A DNA stretch of 64,000 nucleotides. It comes from a virus. Each line of letters begins with the position of its first letter. Positions within the stretch are counted from its first letter, which is position 1. Positions 31,843 through 40,872 of the stretch are shown piece after piece. The stretch is from the IMG/VR virus record IMGVR_UViG_2630968645_000001; one strand, 5' to 3'. Below the pieces are notes generated by a model. That model saw only the letters and a list, made by a program, of their open reading frames with translations. It searched no databases and was not told the DNA's origin. The translations under genes and the position numbers were made by a program.

Positions 31843-32351
31843 TATTTTTCTGGTTTCCCGAATTTTTCCGTCAGCGCAGTTTCTGATATAAACGTATAGG
31901 CGCCGTTACTTTTAAAATGGCCCTCCGGATAATCGGCGCCGTCTATCTCTTCCACCGATATGCCCCAAGTTTTTGCGGCGTCCTTTGCTTCCCACACCTT
32001 AATGCCCAGCGGTTTAAAAGTTTTTCGCATTTCCCGGTACATTTCGGAGGCTTCCGCACGATTCTTTCGTCTGTTATTACGTTCTGCTATTATTTCCTTT
32101 ATTTTCTCGGCAGCCGCCAGGAACTCATCTTCCTCTACTTCCCACGTTCCGACCGTTTTATAATCTGTTTGTATTCTTGATTCGCTGTTGTCGAAAGTGG
32201 TTGACGGTAAAACCTCCCCAAGGCTGAATATGTAATCTTCCTTAACGGCATGTTCGACAATCGCAAATGCCTCGGCAGCTTTTGGTGTCCCCTTTACAAG
32301 CTCCGGGTAAACAGTTTCGGAATAAGACGTTTCTTTATACACAATTTTCAT
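31842..32351 (-). CDS. Hypothetical protein (anti-defence candidate)
   Basis: RBS AGGAGG; co-transcribed with 32371-32742. Confidence 0.75.
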   Translation of the reverse strand: MKIVYKETSYSETVYPELVKGTPKAAEAFAIVEHAVKEDYIFSLGEVLPSTTFDNSESRIQTDYKTVGTWEVEEDEFLAAAEKIKEIIAERNNRRKNRAEASEMYREMRKTFKPLGIKVWEAKDAAKTWGISVEEIDGADYPEGHFKSNGAYTFISETALTEKFGKPEK

Positions 32352-32370
32352 TTTTGTTTCCTCCTAATTT

Positions 32371-32742
32371 TTATGCGTTTATTTTAGCGCCTTTAAATCT
32401 CCAAAACGCTTTTGTTACCGGTGTATATGCGCCACGTTCTTGTGCCACAATAACACCGTTTTGCAATTCAAGAAACCCTTGTTCTTTACGGTATCCGGAT
32501 CCTGTATAGTAATTTACGTATAAGCGTTCCTTCCCGTATTTTGCCCAGTAGTTAACGGAATAGGAATCGCTCTTCATTACGGAATTGATGTATGTTTCAA
32601 CATCTTCCACCGTAATTTCTTTTGCTGCTTTTGCCTCCTTCCATGCGAGCCGGAGAGATTCTGCAAAGTATTCCTTTACCTTTCCGCCAAATTTACGTTG
32701 CCCTGCTTTAGCAATCTCCCAAGCCCGTTTCATAACGTTCAT
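32371..32742 (-). CDS. Hypothetical protein with MKRAWEIAK...LRLAWKEAK N-terminal motif (Acr candidate)
   Basis: First gene after a strong promoter; RBS GAAAGGAG. Confidence 0.75.
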   Translation of the reverse strand: MNVMKRAWEIAKAGQRKFGGKVKEYFAESLRLAWKEAKAAKEITVEDVETYINSVMKSDSYSVNYWAKYGKERLYVNYYTGSGYRKEQGFLELQNGVIVAQERGAYTPVTKAFWRFKGAKINA

Positions 32743-32773
32743 TTCTCTTATCTCCTTTCCTTATCTTGATTTC

Positions 32774-32802
32774 ATTGTATCATTTTGTATGTACATTGTC
32801 AA
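32774..32802 (-). promoter_or_regulatory. Near-consensus SigA promoter of the small-ORF operon
   Basis: Minus strand TTGACA-17bp-TACAAT. Confidence 0.8.
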
Positions 32803-32880
32803 TACATTTTTAGATATTTTTTATTGGTTTTTGAAAAAAAGTGATCCCGCCAAAAAACCAAAAAAATTTTTCGGGGGATA

Positions 32881-33008
32881 TAGACAAAATAGTTCAATTT
32901 TCTTATAATTTTGTTAGCAGGCGTTCCCAATTGTCCATGTATTTTGCAAAAAATACCCCCCTATGCCTGCACAAAAATAGAGCAGGTGGTTGGCCTGCTC
33001 CTTTTTTA
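32881..33008 (+). ncRNA. Putative small RNA (promoter plus about 95-nt hairpin transcript)
   Basis: TAGACA-17bp-TATAAT (32881-32909); GCAGGC...GCCTGC stem; terminator GAGCAGG-tggttgg-CCTGCTC followed by a T-run. Confidence 0.5.
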
Positions 33009-33037
33009 CGAAGTTTCTGGATGGGGAAGGGGAAGCC

Positions 33038-33268
33038 TTAATCTTCCCACACATCATCCATCATTTTTTCGATTTCTCTCTTCATTTCATCAGTGCGCTT
33101 TTTGTCAATTCGATATTCGCCGTTTTCATAAATCAGCGCATCGCCCTCTTTGGCACTCTTAGGAAGCTTGCTTCTTTCGATGTCCACCAGTTTCAGGCTC
33201 TCATCTTCACAAACTGCAAATTTTTCGCCCTCAAAATGATCAATAATATACCGTTTCATTGCCCTCAC
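33038..33268 (-). CDS. DUF3006-like protein
   Basis: YIIDHFEGEKFAVCE...LPKSAKEGDAL motif; downstream of the ComEC-like gene. Confidence 0.8.
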   Translation of the reverse strand: MRAMKRYIIDHFEGEKFAVCEDESLKLVDIERSKLPKSAKEGDALIYENGEYRIDKKRTDEMKREIEKMMDDVWED

Positions 33269-34401
33269 CTCGGCGTAAAAGACGTTTGTGTTTTGTATGT
33301 TTTGCCTTTGTAACTTGCCAAGACATCCACTTTTACTTTATATCCCTTTGCTGCCCGGCATATTTTAATAGGGAGTTTCGAGCCGACTTTCCCATTGTAT
33401 GTCGTATTTTTTGACTTATAGTGGCAAACTGCTTTATACTTTGTGCCGTTGGGCAGCCCTCGGACCGTTAGATAAATCGTGCTGTATTGTTTTGGCCTAG
33501 TATTGCTCAATGATGCGGACAATTTGTAGGATGCTTTTGCCGTTGAGCTGGTAGTAGGTGTGCTAACAGGCTTTGTATTAAAGCTTAAATTTTTGCCATC
33601 TGTGTTTGCAACGATCGTGCCTTGTTTGTCTGTACGAAAAACCTTTACTTTTGCAGCTTTTAAGCGATTAAGTGTATCTGCAGTAGGGTGGCCGTAGCTG
33701 TTTCCTTTGCCGACACTGATAACAGCATAGGCAGGTTTAACAGCTCGTAAAAAAGCGGTACTCGTGGATGTTTTAGCACCGTGATGACCAACTTTCAGCA
33801 CATCGGACCGTATATATTGTCTCGATTTAATCATGTCTGACTCGGCCTTAAATTCGGCGTCACCGGTAAACAGAAATGCTTTCTTATTATATTGAAGCCG
33901 TAAAACAGCGCTGTTGTCGTTTAGATCGCTATATTTTTTAACCGGTCCGGCAAACTTGGCAGAAACACCTTTTACGGATAAGCTCACACCCTTAGCAGCA
34001 GTTTTTGCCTTTAATCCCTCATTTTTAACGGCTCTCAGCAAATTAGCATAAGCTTGGGTGCTGTTGGACACTTTTGGAGCATAAAAAGATTTGACTTTGT
34101 ATGCTTTTAAGACCTCGTCCAATCCGCCGATGTGATCGGCATCTGGATGTGTCGCGATCATCACTTCAATGTCACCGACATGTTGCCGTTTTAAATATGA
34201 TACTACTTTGTTTCCGTCACGGCCGCCATCAATTATGATGTCCTCTCCGTTTGGTGCCTTAATATAAATCGAGTCACCCTGTCCAACGTTTATGTAGTGG
34301 ACATACATTTTCTTTGTTGCCGCGTCCGGGCTTTGTGGCAACGCTACCAAAGACAGCAATAAAGCGAGCGCAACTAAGACTTTAAACCTAAAATTTTTCA
34401 T
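33265..34401 (-). CDS. Secreted ComEC/Rec2-like metallo-beta-lactamase-fold hydrolase
   Basis: Signal peptide; INVGQGDSI, THPDADHIGG, LFTGDAE, LKVGHHGA motifs. Confidence 0.9.
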   Translation of the reverse strand: MKNFRFKVLVALALLLSLVALPQSPDAATKKMYVHYINVGQGDSIYIKAPNGEDIIIDGGRDGNKVVSYLKRQHVGDIEVMIATHPDADHIGGLDEVLKAYKVKSFYAPKVSNSTQAYANLLRAVKNEGLKAKTAAKGVSLSVKGVSAKFAGPVKKYSDLNDNSAVLRLQYNKKAFLFTGDAEFKAESDMIKSRQYIRSDVLKVGHHGAKTSTSTAFLRAVKPAYAVISVGKGNSYGHPTADTLNRLKAAKVKVFRTDKQGTIVANTDGKNLSFNTKPVSTPTTSSTAKASYKLSASLSNTRPKQYSTIYLTVRGLPNGTKYKAVCHYKSKNTTYNGKVGSKLPIKICRAAKGYKVKVDVLASYKGKTYKTQTSFTPR

Positions 34402-34551
34402 CTGCACATCTCCCTTCGTGAATATTTTATATGAGAATTTTGGATATGCAATGGGTTTTTGAAAAAAATATGTAAATGCCTGCAAAAAAGAGCAGGCTTT
34501 CACCTGCTCTTTTTTCTACTCAATACAGCTGGCTGGCTGTCATCTTTTGAG

Positions 34552-34843
34552 TTGTTGACGAATTGTTGACGAAATTCATCATTGTTGACCATTTTACTCC
34601 CCATAAAATCAGATAACTAATTTTTAAAATCCACTTATACCAATGGTTTTCGATTCATTTCCATCGAGTTCCTAAATTGCCTAACACCTTCCCAAGGTGT
34701 GGGTCGCGGGTTCGAGTCCCGTCTTCCGCTTAAAGTTTAAACGCTCAAACCTCTTGATATAAAAGGGTTTGAGCGTTTTTTGCTTTTCAATAAATTGTAG
34801 CTCACGGAAGCACAATTTATGACTTGTTGACGGATTGTTGACG
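34552..34843. promoter_or_regulatory. attP region with integrase arm-type direct repeats TTGTTGACG
   Basis: Copies at 34552, 34563, 34582 (TTGTTGACC), 34824 and 34835 flank the tRNA-like core. Confidence 0.7.
34683..34730 (+). other. attP core: 3' part of tRNA-Gly(CCC); not a complete tRNA
   Basis: ACACC-TTCCCAA-GGTGT anticodon arm, GGTTCGAGTCC T-arm, acceptor CTTCCGCT; D-arm and 5' acceptor strand absent; adjacent to the integrase 3' end. Confidence 0.85.
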
Positions 34844-36049
34844 GTTTGATTCTTTTTGGCTTTTTGACCGGAAAATAGTATCCAATTTTTCAGCTGCCGA
34901 CTTATCCGCAGTTCGGAGCGCGTGGCCGTAAGTATCCATCGTAATACCGATATCAGCATGCCCAAGTCTTTCTGATATAATTTTAGCATGCACACCCTGG
35001 TTAATTAGAAGCGTAGCCGAAGTATGTCGCAGATCGTGCAGGCGGATATGCCTTACTCCAGCTTTTTTAACAAATCGGGACCACCATTTGCTTGGTGTCG
35101 TCGGATAAAGATGATGACCGTATTCGTTACAAAACAGCCATTGGTGTTCTTGCTCATATGCATCGCCCATTTTTTCCTTTTCTTTTTCAAGATACTTTAC
35201 ATAAAACTTTAGCTCATCCATAACGGTTTTAGGCAACGAGACAAGGCGTGCCGACTTTTTAGTTTTAGTTGACTTGATTTCGGGTTTATTATTTTCTCCC
35301 ATTACAATGGTCTGGTCAATCTCAATTGTCTGCTCGTCAAAGTTTATTTTCGAGACTTCAAGCCCTAATAATTCGCCTTTCCGCAGCCCGCCGGCCAATG
35401 CGAGGGAAGTAAAGATACGCCAATGGATCGGCTCAGATTGTACAGCTAAAAAAAGTTGTTCCACTTCTTCCTCGTCATACACATTAACTTTGTGCATTTC
35501 CTCATCCTTATTTCGTGGCTTTTTCACACCGTCTACCGGATTGTTTTTTACCAGCTTCCATTCGTAAGCACGGCTCATGATGTTCCTTATCACCCGGTAT
35601 GTATATTGTTTGACGTGGATTGAACTTTCCCCATTTCCATCGGTGCGCTTTAGATTATTCAAAAGGTTTACGATGTGTATTGTTTTGATTTGGTCTAGCC
35701 TAAGGTCACCAAGCACCGGTTCTATATGGTTTTTAAAGTTGCTCAGATAATTATTTAAAGTGCCACCTGACAGGGCTTCTTTTGCATATTTTTTCTCCCA
35801 TTCCTTTACAAACTCAGATAGTACCATTTTTTCAGGCGCAATATATTCCCCGGCTTCCACTTCAATTTTAAATTTTGTCAGTTCATCATTTAAATACTCA
35901 TTGAGTTTTTTCTTTTTCTTTAATAACTGCGGATCATTAACATGGATTGTTTTTGTTCTTTTTAGGCGTTTTCCCTTCGCACTATATCCAATCTCAACAA
36001 CAAGTAGAAAAGAGTTTGCACCACGTTTTTGTATACTTGCCATATTCAT
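34817..36049 (-). CDS. int: Tyrosine integrase
   Basis: GLRKGELLGL, HDLRHTSAT, RLGHADIGITMDTYGH motifs. Confidence 0.95.
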   Translation of the reverse strand: MNMASIQKRGANSFLLVVEIGYSAKGKRLKRTKTIHVNDPQLLKKKKKLNEYLNDELTKFKIEVEAGEYIAPEKMVLSEFVKEWEKKYAKEALSGGTLNNYLSNFKNHIEPVLGDLRLDQIKTIHIVNLLNNLKRTDGNGESSIHVKQYTYRVIRNIMSRAYEWKLVKNNPVDGVKKPRNKDEEMHKVNVYDEEEVEQLFLAVQSEPIHWRIFTSLALAGGLRKGELLGLEVSKINFDEQTIEIDQTIVMGENNKPEIKSTKTKKSARLVSLPKTVMDELKFYVKYLEKEKEKMGDAYEQEHQWLFCNEYGHHLYPTTPSKWWSRFVKKAGVRHIRLHDLRHTSATLLINQGVHAKIISERLGHADIGITMDTYGHALRTADKSAAEKLDTIFRSKSQKESNRQQSVNKS

Positions 36050-36147
36050 TTACCTCCATTTTGTACAAAAAACTCATTGACATTGTACAGAAAATTAAGT
36101 ACGTATGTTCTTCTTTAGTTCTAAAGAAAAGCCCCTCAGGGCCTTTC

Positions 36148-37356
36148 TTATCTTTCACATGCATAATTGTCGTGATCCCGGTCCATCTTTTCTTGATAAG
36201 CAGGGTGTCCTTTCGGCACTCCGTTTGGATATTTTTTTCTCAACTCGGTACAGTTTGCAAAAATTTCTGTGCCTCCGGAAGAAGTAGGGGCGCTCGTGGC
36301 CGATGAGCTTGAACCATTTGAAGATCCAGAATTCGTTGAATGGCTTGTTGTGCTGGAGTCACTGGAAGCCGTGCTTGTTCCACTTGATGTCTTTGCACAA
36401 CCATTAAATCCAGAGTCCGTTACATATCCACTTTCTGACCATATGTTGAGATGATTGCTTTTAGCGGTATTTTCATCACTTTCATATTTGGACAGATACT
36501 TATACGGTGGGTTATAAATGTAAGCTACCCGGGCATATCCACCTTTCAGCAACTCCTCTTGGACTGATTTACCATTTACAAATACATATGCTAGTAACCG
36601 ACCATATTTATCGTATTTGTCGCCATTCGTTTCAAATTCAAGAGTCAGCTTACCACTGTTAACCAGCTGCTTATTCTTGTTATAAGCACTAACTGCATAC
36701 GGCTGTACGCAAGTACCAGGTTTCTTTTCCTCTGGCGTGTCAACAAGTAAATAACGCACTGTTTCGGTTTTACCTTTGTAGTTTACCTTTATGGTATCCC
36801 CATCAACAGTTTCAACTAGTGTTACCGGCTCTTGATTGGTTGGTGTAGCACTTGTTTTTTGCTTGTTGGTATTATTGGATTTGGATTGCTTATTTTTAGT
36901 ACTTACTGCGGCAGTGGTGCCTGCGGCCACAGATGCTTTATCTTTCTTTTGCTCATCTGCCCTTTTATTCTCATCTGCTTGCTTGTTTTTTTCCTCTTTT
37001 TTACCATCATCTGCCTTCTTAGCAGAGATGTTGCTCTTTTTACTTTCTTCTTTTTTAATTTCAGATGAAGCTGTTTTTGCCTTATTATCTTTAGTTGCTA
37101 CATCTTGGTTGGGCGAAAAAATTGCAAAAAGTACAGAGAAAACAATTGTTAAAATAAGGTAACCTATACCAGCGGATTTTCTTGTTTTTTTCTTAGACCA
37201 AAATGCTAGTTTAGGTTCAAACAAACCGGCAATCAATAAAAAGAAACATGCGAGTGACAGTAATAGAAAAAAACCATATAAATATTTACCAATTACCGAA
37301 AGGATGAACAAAACAACAAGAACACCCAAGCACCATAGACTTCCTTTTTTCATCAT
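36148..37356 (-). CDS. Membrane-anchored thermonuclease (SNase) with C-terminal Excalibur domain
   Basis: N-terminal TMs; TVDGDTI, RYLLVDTPE, DKYGRLLAYV; FANCTELR...MDRDHDNYACE. Confidence 0.9.
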   Translation of the reverse strand: MMKKGSLWCLGVLVVLFILSVIGKYLYGFFLLLSLACFFLLIAGLFEPKLAFWSKKKTRKSAGIGYLILTIVFSVLFAIFSPNQDVATKDNKAKTASSEIKKEESKKSNISAKKADDGKKEEKNKQADENKRADEQKKDKASVAAGTTAAVSTKNKQSKSNNTNKQKTSATPTNQEPVTLVETVDGDTIKVNYKGKTETVRYLLVDTPEEKKPGTCVQPYAVSAYNKNKQLVNSGKLTLEFETNGDKYDKYGRLLAYVFVNGKSVQEELLKGGYARVAYIYNPPYKYLSKYESDENTAKSNHLNIWSESGYVTDSGFNGCAKTSSGTSTASSDSSTTSHSTNSGSSNGSSSSATSAPTSSGGTEIFANCTELRKKYPNGVPKGHPAYQEKMDRDHDNYACER

Positions 37357-37398
37357 TTTTCCCCCTTAGCTCATTTTACAATTTATATAAGATAGAAA

Positions 37399-38334
37399 TT
37401 AATATGATGCCAATTCCTTAGAAAAATCATTGGATAGTTTATAGTCACTTGAATTTTTATATGCAGATAAACCATGCATAAATGGCTTTACATCTTTGTA
37501 AATTGCCGGATTGATGTAATATCCACTTGCCACTTTGTAAAACTTATATGGGTTCAGATCGACAAGATTCCGAAAGTTCCCGTAAGAAATCGAATTCGCA
37601 TCCTTTTTTGTAAAATAAGCAATAATTGCTGTTCCTGTAGTTTTGTTTCCTTTATTGTCTTCAAATGTCGTGTCACGGATAAAGGCAAATCCATTTACAT
37701 TCGGATTATTTTTTTCTTTTTCCATGAGTCGAGTACTGTATAAAGCGAAATTCTGGAGCATGGTTTTCTCATTCGTTTCAAATTCATCTTTGAATTCGAT
37801 CACTGCAATTTTATCTTTTATATAAGCTGTTTTTACATTGTCTTTATCTGCTTTTTTAGCGGCTAATTTTAACTCGGAGCTGCTGGATGCTCCTTTCATG
37901 GTATCTGATTCGACTGTATCCGAGCTGGAATCGGAAGAAGCTGTATTTGATTTATCATTTGTATCTTTACCAGTAAATTGATCGACAGAAGTGTCATAAG
38001 CTGTCAAAAGTCCCTGTTGCTCTTTCCTTATCAACACATAAGCGTTTGAGTTAATATCATCACTCATGTCAAATGTAAGAATTACATAAGAATCTTTTGC
38101 TAATTTATGTTTAATGCTGTAATACCACATGTTGCTATTATTAGGGTCTTTCTTCGTTGGCTTCCCTATTGCCTTAATCACTTGTTTTTTTGTCATTCCT
38201 ATTTTCAAATTTTTATATTCAGTTGGCGCAATATAGTTAACATGGCGCTTAGGCGCTTGAGCTTGAGGCTTGCCGCAGCCCATTAATGATAAAATTACAG
38301 ATAATGTTATTAATGAAATAACAATTTTTCTCAT
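37399..38334 (-). CDS. Lipoprotein of unknown function (superinfection exclusion candidate)
   Basis: Lipobox LMGC; LKIGMTKKQVIKAIGKP (SmpA/BLIP-like) repeat. Confidence 0.7.
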   Translation of the reverse strand: MRKIVISLITLSVILSLMGCGKPQAQAPKRHVNYIAPTEYKNLKIGMTKKQVIKAIGKPTKKDPNNSNMWYYSIKHKLAKDSYVILTFDMSDDINSNAYVLIRKEQQGLLTAYDTSVDQFTGKDTNDKSNTASSDSSSDTVESDTMKGASSSSELKLAAKKADKDNVKTAYIKDKIAVIEFKDEFETNEKTMLQNFALYSTRLMEKEKNNPNVNGFAFIRDTTFEDNKGNKTTGTAIIAYFTKKDANSISYGNFRNLVDLNPYKFYKVASGYYINPAIYKDVKPFMHGLSAYKNSSDYKLSNDFSKELASY

Positions 38335-38371
38335 ATATATTCGCCTCGAGTTATAAGTTTTTCCAGTTGGT

Positions 38372-38998
38372 TTACAGTGAAAATTGTTCCTTGCCGTTAG
38401 CCATGATTACTAAATTCTGCTTTTTTACGTTTGGAATTCTATAAAATATTGGATCTGGTTGTAGCTCACGTAATTCATCAGAATCTGTATTGAAAATACA
38501 AGTTTCCTGCAATAAATTTAAGCGGTTCAAAGCAAAATCAACCGTCACATTATATTCTTTCGCAAGTTCATCAGCTAAAATTTGACGATTATTATAATGT
38601 TGAGAAACATCAGCTTTTAATATCCAGCTAACCGGCATTAATAAATTTGCAGCCAATTTGAAAGCCTGCAGTTCCGTTTTATTCAGTGAATATTCGTTCA
38701 TCAGCAATTCGTTTGAATAGTGTAGATACAAATGAGAAAATTCTTCAGCAAGAATTTGTCTTTCGACAATTTCATTTTTGTATGTCCCTAATTCAATAAG
38801 GCCCCGTCGCTTATCTTTAATAGGCCAGGATCGACTGTATGGTTCCTTGATGTGATTTATTTTCATGCCATATAAATCGCATAGTGTAAATAGATCAATT
38901 TCAGACGGATGCTTGAATTGAACATGTTTCAATATTTTCTTTGCCTCTTCTTCGTAAAAATCTTTTTTCTTCATTAAAATAAATTGTCGAAGTCTCAT
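38372..38998 (-). CDS. ImmA/IrrE-family metallopeptidase (anti-repressor protease)
   Basis: LAEEFSHLYLH, ELQAFKLAANLLMP; downstream of the repressor. Confidence 0.85.
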   Translation of the reverse strand: MRLRQFILMKKKDFYEEEAKKILKHVQFKHPSEIDLFTLCDLYGMKINHIKEPYSRSWPIKDKRRGLIELGTYKNEIVERQILAEEFSHLYLHYSNELLMNEYSLNKTELQAFKLAANLLMPVSWILKADVSQHYNNRQILADELAKEYNVTVDFALNRLNLLQETCIFNTDSDELRELQPDPIFYRIPNVKKQNLVIMANGKEQFSL

Positions 38999-39021
38999 TG
39001 TTCCACCTCAAATCGGATATG

Positions 39022-39426
39022 TCATTCTAAATAGTCATTATCATCCTTTAATGCTTCCTCTACATATTTCTTGTATAACTCATAAGATTTTATCAAGTGC
39101 CTTACGTTTTTTTCGGGATCTTTTTTTAAATCATGGAATAATGATGGATGTTTCAATAATTCCTTAAAAACTTCATATTCATCTTTATCCAATGTGATTT
39201 TTTCTCCAGCAACATCAATTTCCTTGTCCTCTTCACCCAATATGTAAGCAGTCGTTACTCCAAATAAATCAGCAAACGCTTTTATTTCTTGGTCTTTCAA
39301 CGGACGTTTACCGGATTCAATTCTGCTTATCACCGAATAATCTATTCCTATTCGTTTTTCAACTTCCCTCAAAGACCAGTTGTTCTGTTCCCTTAGTTTT
39401 TTAATAATCTGACCTGGTTCGGACAT
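39022..39426 (-). CDS. XRE-family immunity repressor (ImmR/CI-like)
   Basis: WSLREVEKRIGIDYSVISRIESGKR HTH. Confidence 0.9.
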   Translation of the reverse strand: MSEPGQIIKKLREQNNWSLREVEKRIGIDYSVISRIESGKRPLKDQEIKAFADLFGVTTAYILGEEDKEIDVAGEKITLDKDEYEVFKELLKHPSLFHDLKKDPEKNVRHLIKSYELYKKYVEEALKDDNDYLE

Positions 39427-39439
39427 GGTATCACCACGC

Positions 39440-39812
39440 TTTTTTCTGTTTTAGCAATAATATTTTATCATGTTTCTGTTTTAGAAACATATTTTTTGCT
39501 GAAATAACAACAAAAAAATGTTGACTTTGCCAAAATAACAACTTATAATAGAGACAAGTTGTTAATATAGCAACAAGAAAGGAGGACATCATGCAACAGT
39601 TTAACCTTGCGTTCATTGTTAAAAGAAGGAAAGAACTCAATCTTTCACTTCAGTATATGGCGGATGGATTAGGATTCAGGAATGCCTCAACCTATTTAAA
39701 ATACGAAAGGGGAGAATATCAGTTAAGGGCAAATCAACTGCCCATTTTAGCCAAGCTACTGCAATGCAGTGTATCAGATTTTTTTATAAAAAACGTTGCT
39801 AAATCAGCAACA
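39440..39812. promoter_or_regulatory. Lysis/lysogeny switch: divergent promoters and TGTTGCT-N5-AGCAACA-type operators
   Basis: TTGACT-17-TATAAT at 39521-39549; palindrome TGTTTCT-gtttt-AGAAACA 39471-39489; related sites near 39442, 39495, 39525, 39556 and 39794. Confidence 0.75.
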
Positions 39813-39833
39813 AAAGCAAAGGAGGTTTGTTAA
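39591..39833 (+). CDS. Cro-like XRE regulator
   Basis: LSLQYMADGLGFRNASTYLKYERG HTH, divergent from the repressor. Confidence 0.85.
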   Translation: MQQFNLAFIVKRRKELNLSLQYMADGLGFRNASTYLKYERGEYQLRANQLPILAKLLQCSVSDFFIKNVAKSATKAKEVC

Positions 39834-40625
39834 TTGAACTCATTACAAGTTTTCAACTTTAAACAGAATGAAGTTCGCACCATTTTAAAAGGAGATGAAC
39901 CTTGGTTTGTCGCAAAAGATGTATCAGTTATTTTGGGTTTTGAGCATACACCAACAATGACACGCATTCTGGATGAAGATGAAAAGGGGGTACACATTGT
40001 GCACACCCCTGGCGGCGAGCAACACATGACAATTATTAATGAGCCTGGTTTGTATTCAGTCATTCTTAAAAGCCGCAAACCAGAAGCAAAAGAATTCAAA
40101 CGCTGGATTACCCACGAGGTTATCCCGTCCATCCGAAAACATGGCGCATATATGACACCAGAAACGCTCGAAAAAACAATCAGTGACCCGGATTTCTTAA
40201 TTGGTCTGCTCACTAATCTCAAAGAAGAAAAGGCAAAACGGGTTAAGGCCGAGCAAGAACGCAACCGGGTCATTGAACAACAAAGAGCTGATCTCCCATA
40301 CACCAGCTTTGGAAAAGTCGTGTCAAACTCAACCGGTGCAGTCAGCATTGGGGCTTTTGCCAAAATGCTTTATGACAAGCACGGTATCAATATTGGCCGA
40401 AACAAGCTGTTTGAGTGGTTGCGCTCCCATGGATATCTCATTTCTGGAGGACGTGAACATAACAATCCTAAACAAATTTATCTGGAACAAGGATTGTTTG
40501 TTGTAAAACCAACTATTGTCAGCCGAACAGAAGGTGATGTTGAGAAGCTTACACCTTTAATTACTGGCAAAGGTCAAATCAAAATCGCCGAACTCCTGAT
40601 CAAAGAATTTGAGGCGGTGGTCTAA
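39834..40625 (+). CDS. Antirepressor (Bro-N plus KilAC/ANT)
   Basis: PWFVAKDVS...INEPGLYSVILKSRKPEAKEFKRWITHEVIPSIRKHG; TPLITGKGQ. Confidence 0.92.
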   Translation: MNSLQVFNFKQNEVRTILKGDEPWFVAKDVSVILGFEHTPTMTRILDEDEKGVHIVHTPGGEQHMTIINEPGLYSVILKSRKPEAKEFKRWITHEVIPSIRKHGAYMTPETLEKTISDPDFLIGLLTNLKEEKAKRVKAEQERNRVIEQQRADLPYTSFGKVVSNSTGAVSIGAFAKMLYDKHGINIGRNKLFEWLRSHGYLISGGREHNNPKQIYLEQGLFVVKPTIVSRTEGDVEKLTPLITGKGQIKIAELLIKEFEAVV

Positions 40626-40626
40626 A

Positions 40627-40812
40627 ATGCGTCACAACACCCTAACAGTCCAGGAAGTTGCAACCTATTTAGGGGTTCATCCAGACACGATTTATACCAT
40701 GGTCCGTGAAAAGCAGATCCCATTTTTCCGAGTTAGGAAACGCATCTTCTTTTCACGTGAATCAATCGACAACTGGATTGCTGCCCAGGAAAACAGTGTT
40801 GCATCGTTCTAG
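40627..40812 (+). CDS. xis: Excisionase-like HTH_17 protein
   Basis: LTVQEVATYLGVHPDTIYTMVREKQIP. Confidence 0.8.
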   Translation: MRHNTLTVQEVATYLGVHPDTIYTMVREKQIPFFRVRKRIFFSRESIDNWIAAQENSVASF

Positions 40813-40872
40813 TTTTATCTTACTTTTTTTGATGTCCAGAATAAACAAGAACTTTGTACAGGAGGAAAACTG

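Noticed and set aside
32916-32945. Third sRNA as a mimic of a GTTT...ATTGAAAC-type CRISPR repeat
   Set aside because: Similarity is limited to short scattered words; not supportable without an alignment.
34660-34735. Functional phage tRNA gene
   Set aside because: Only the anticodon arm, T-arm and 3' acceptor strand are present; better explained as the attP core.
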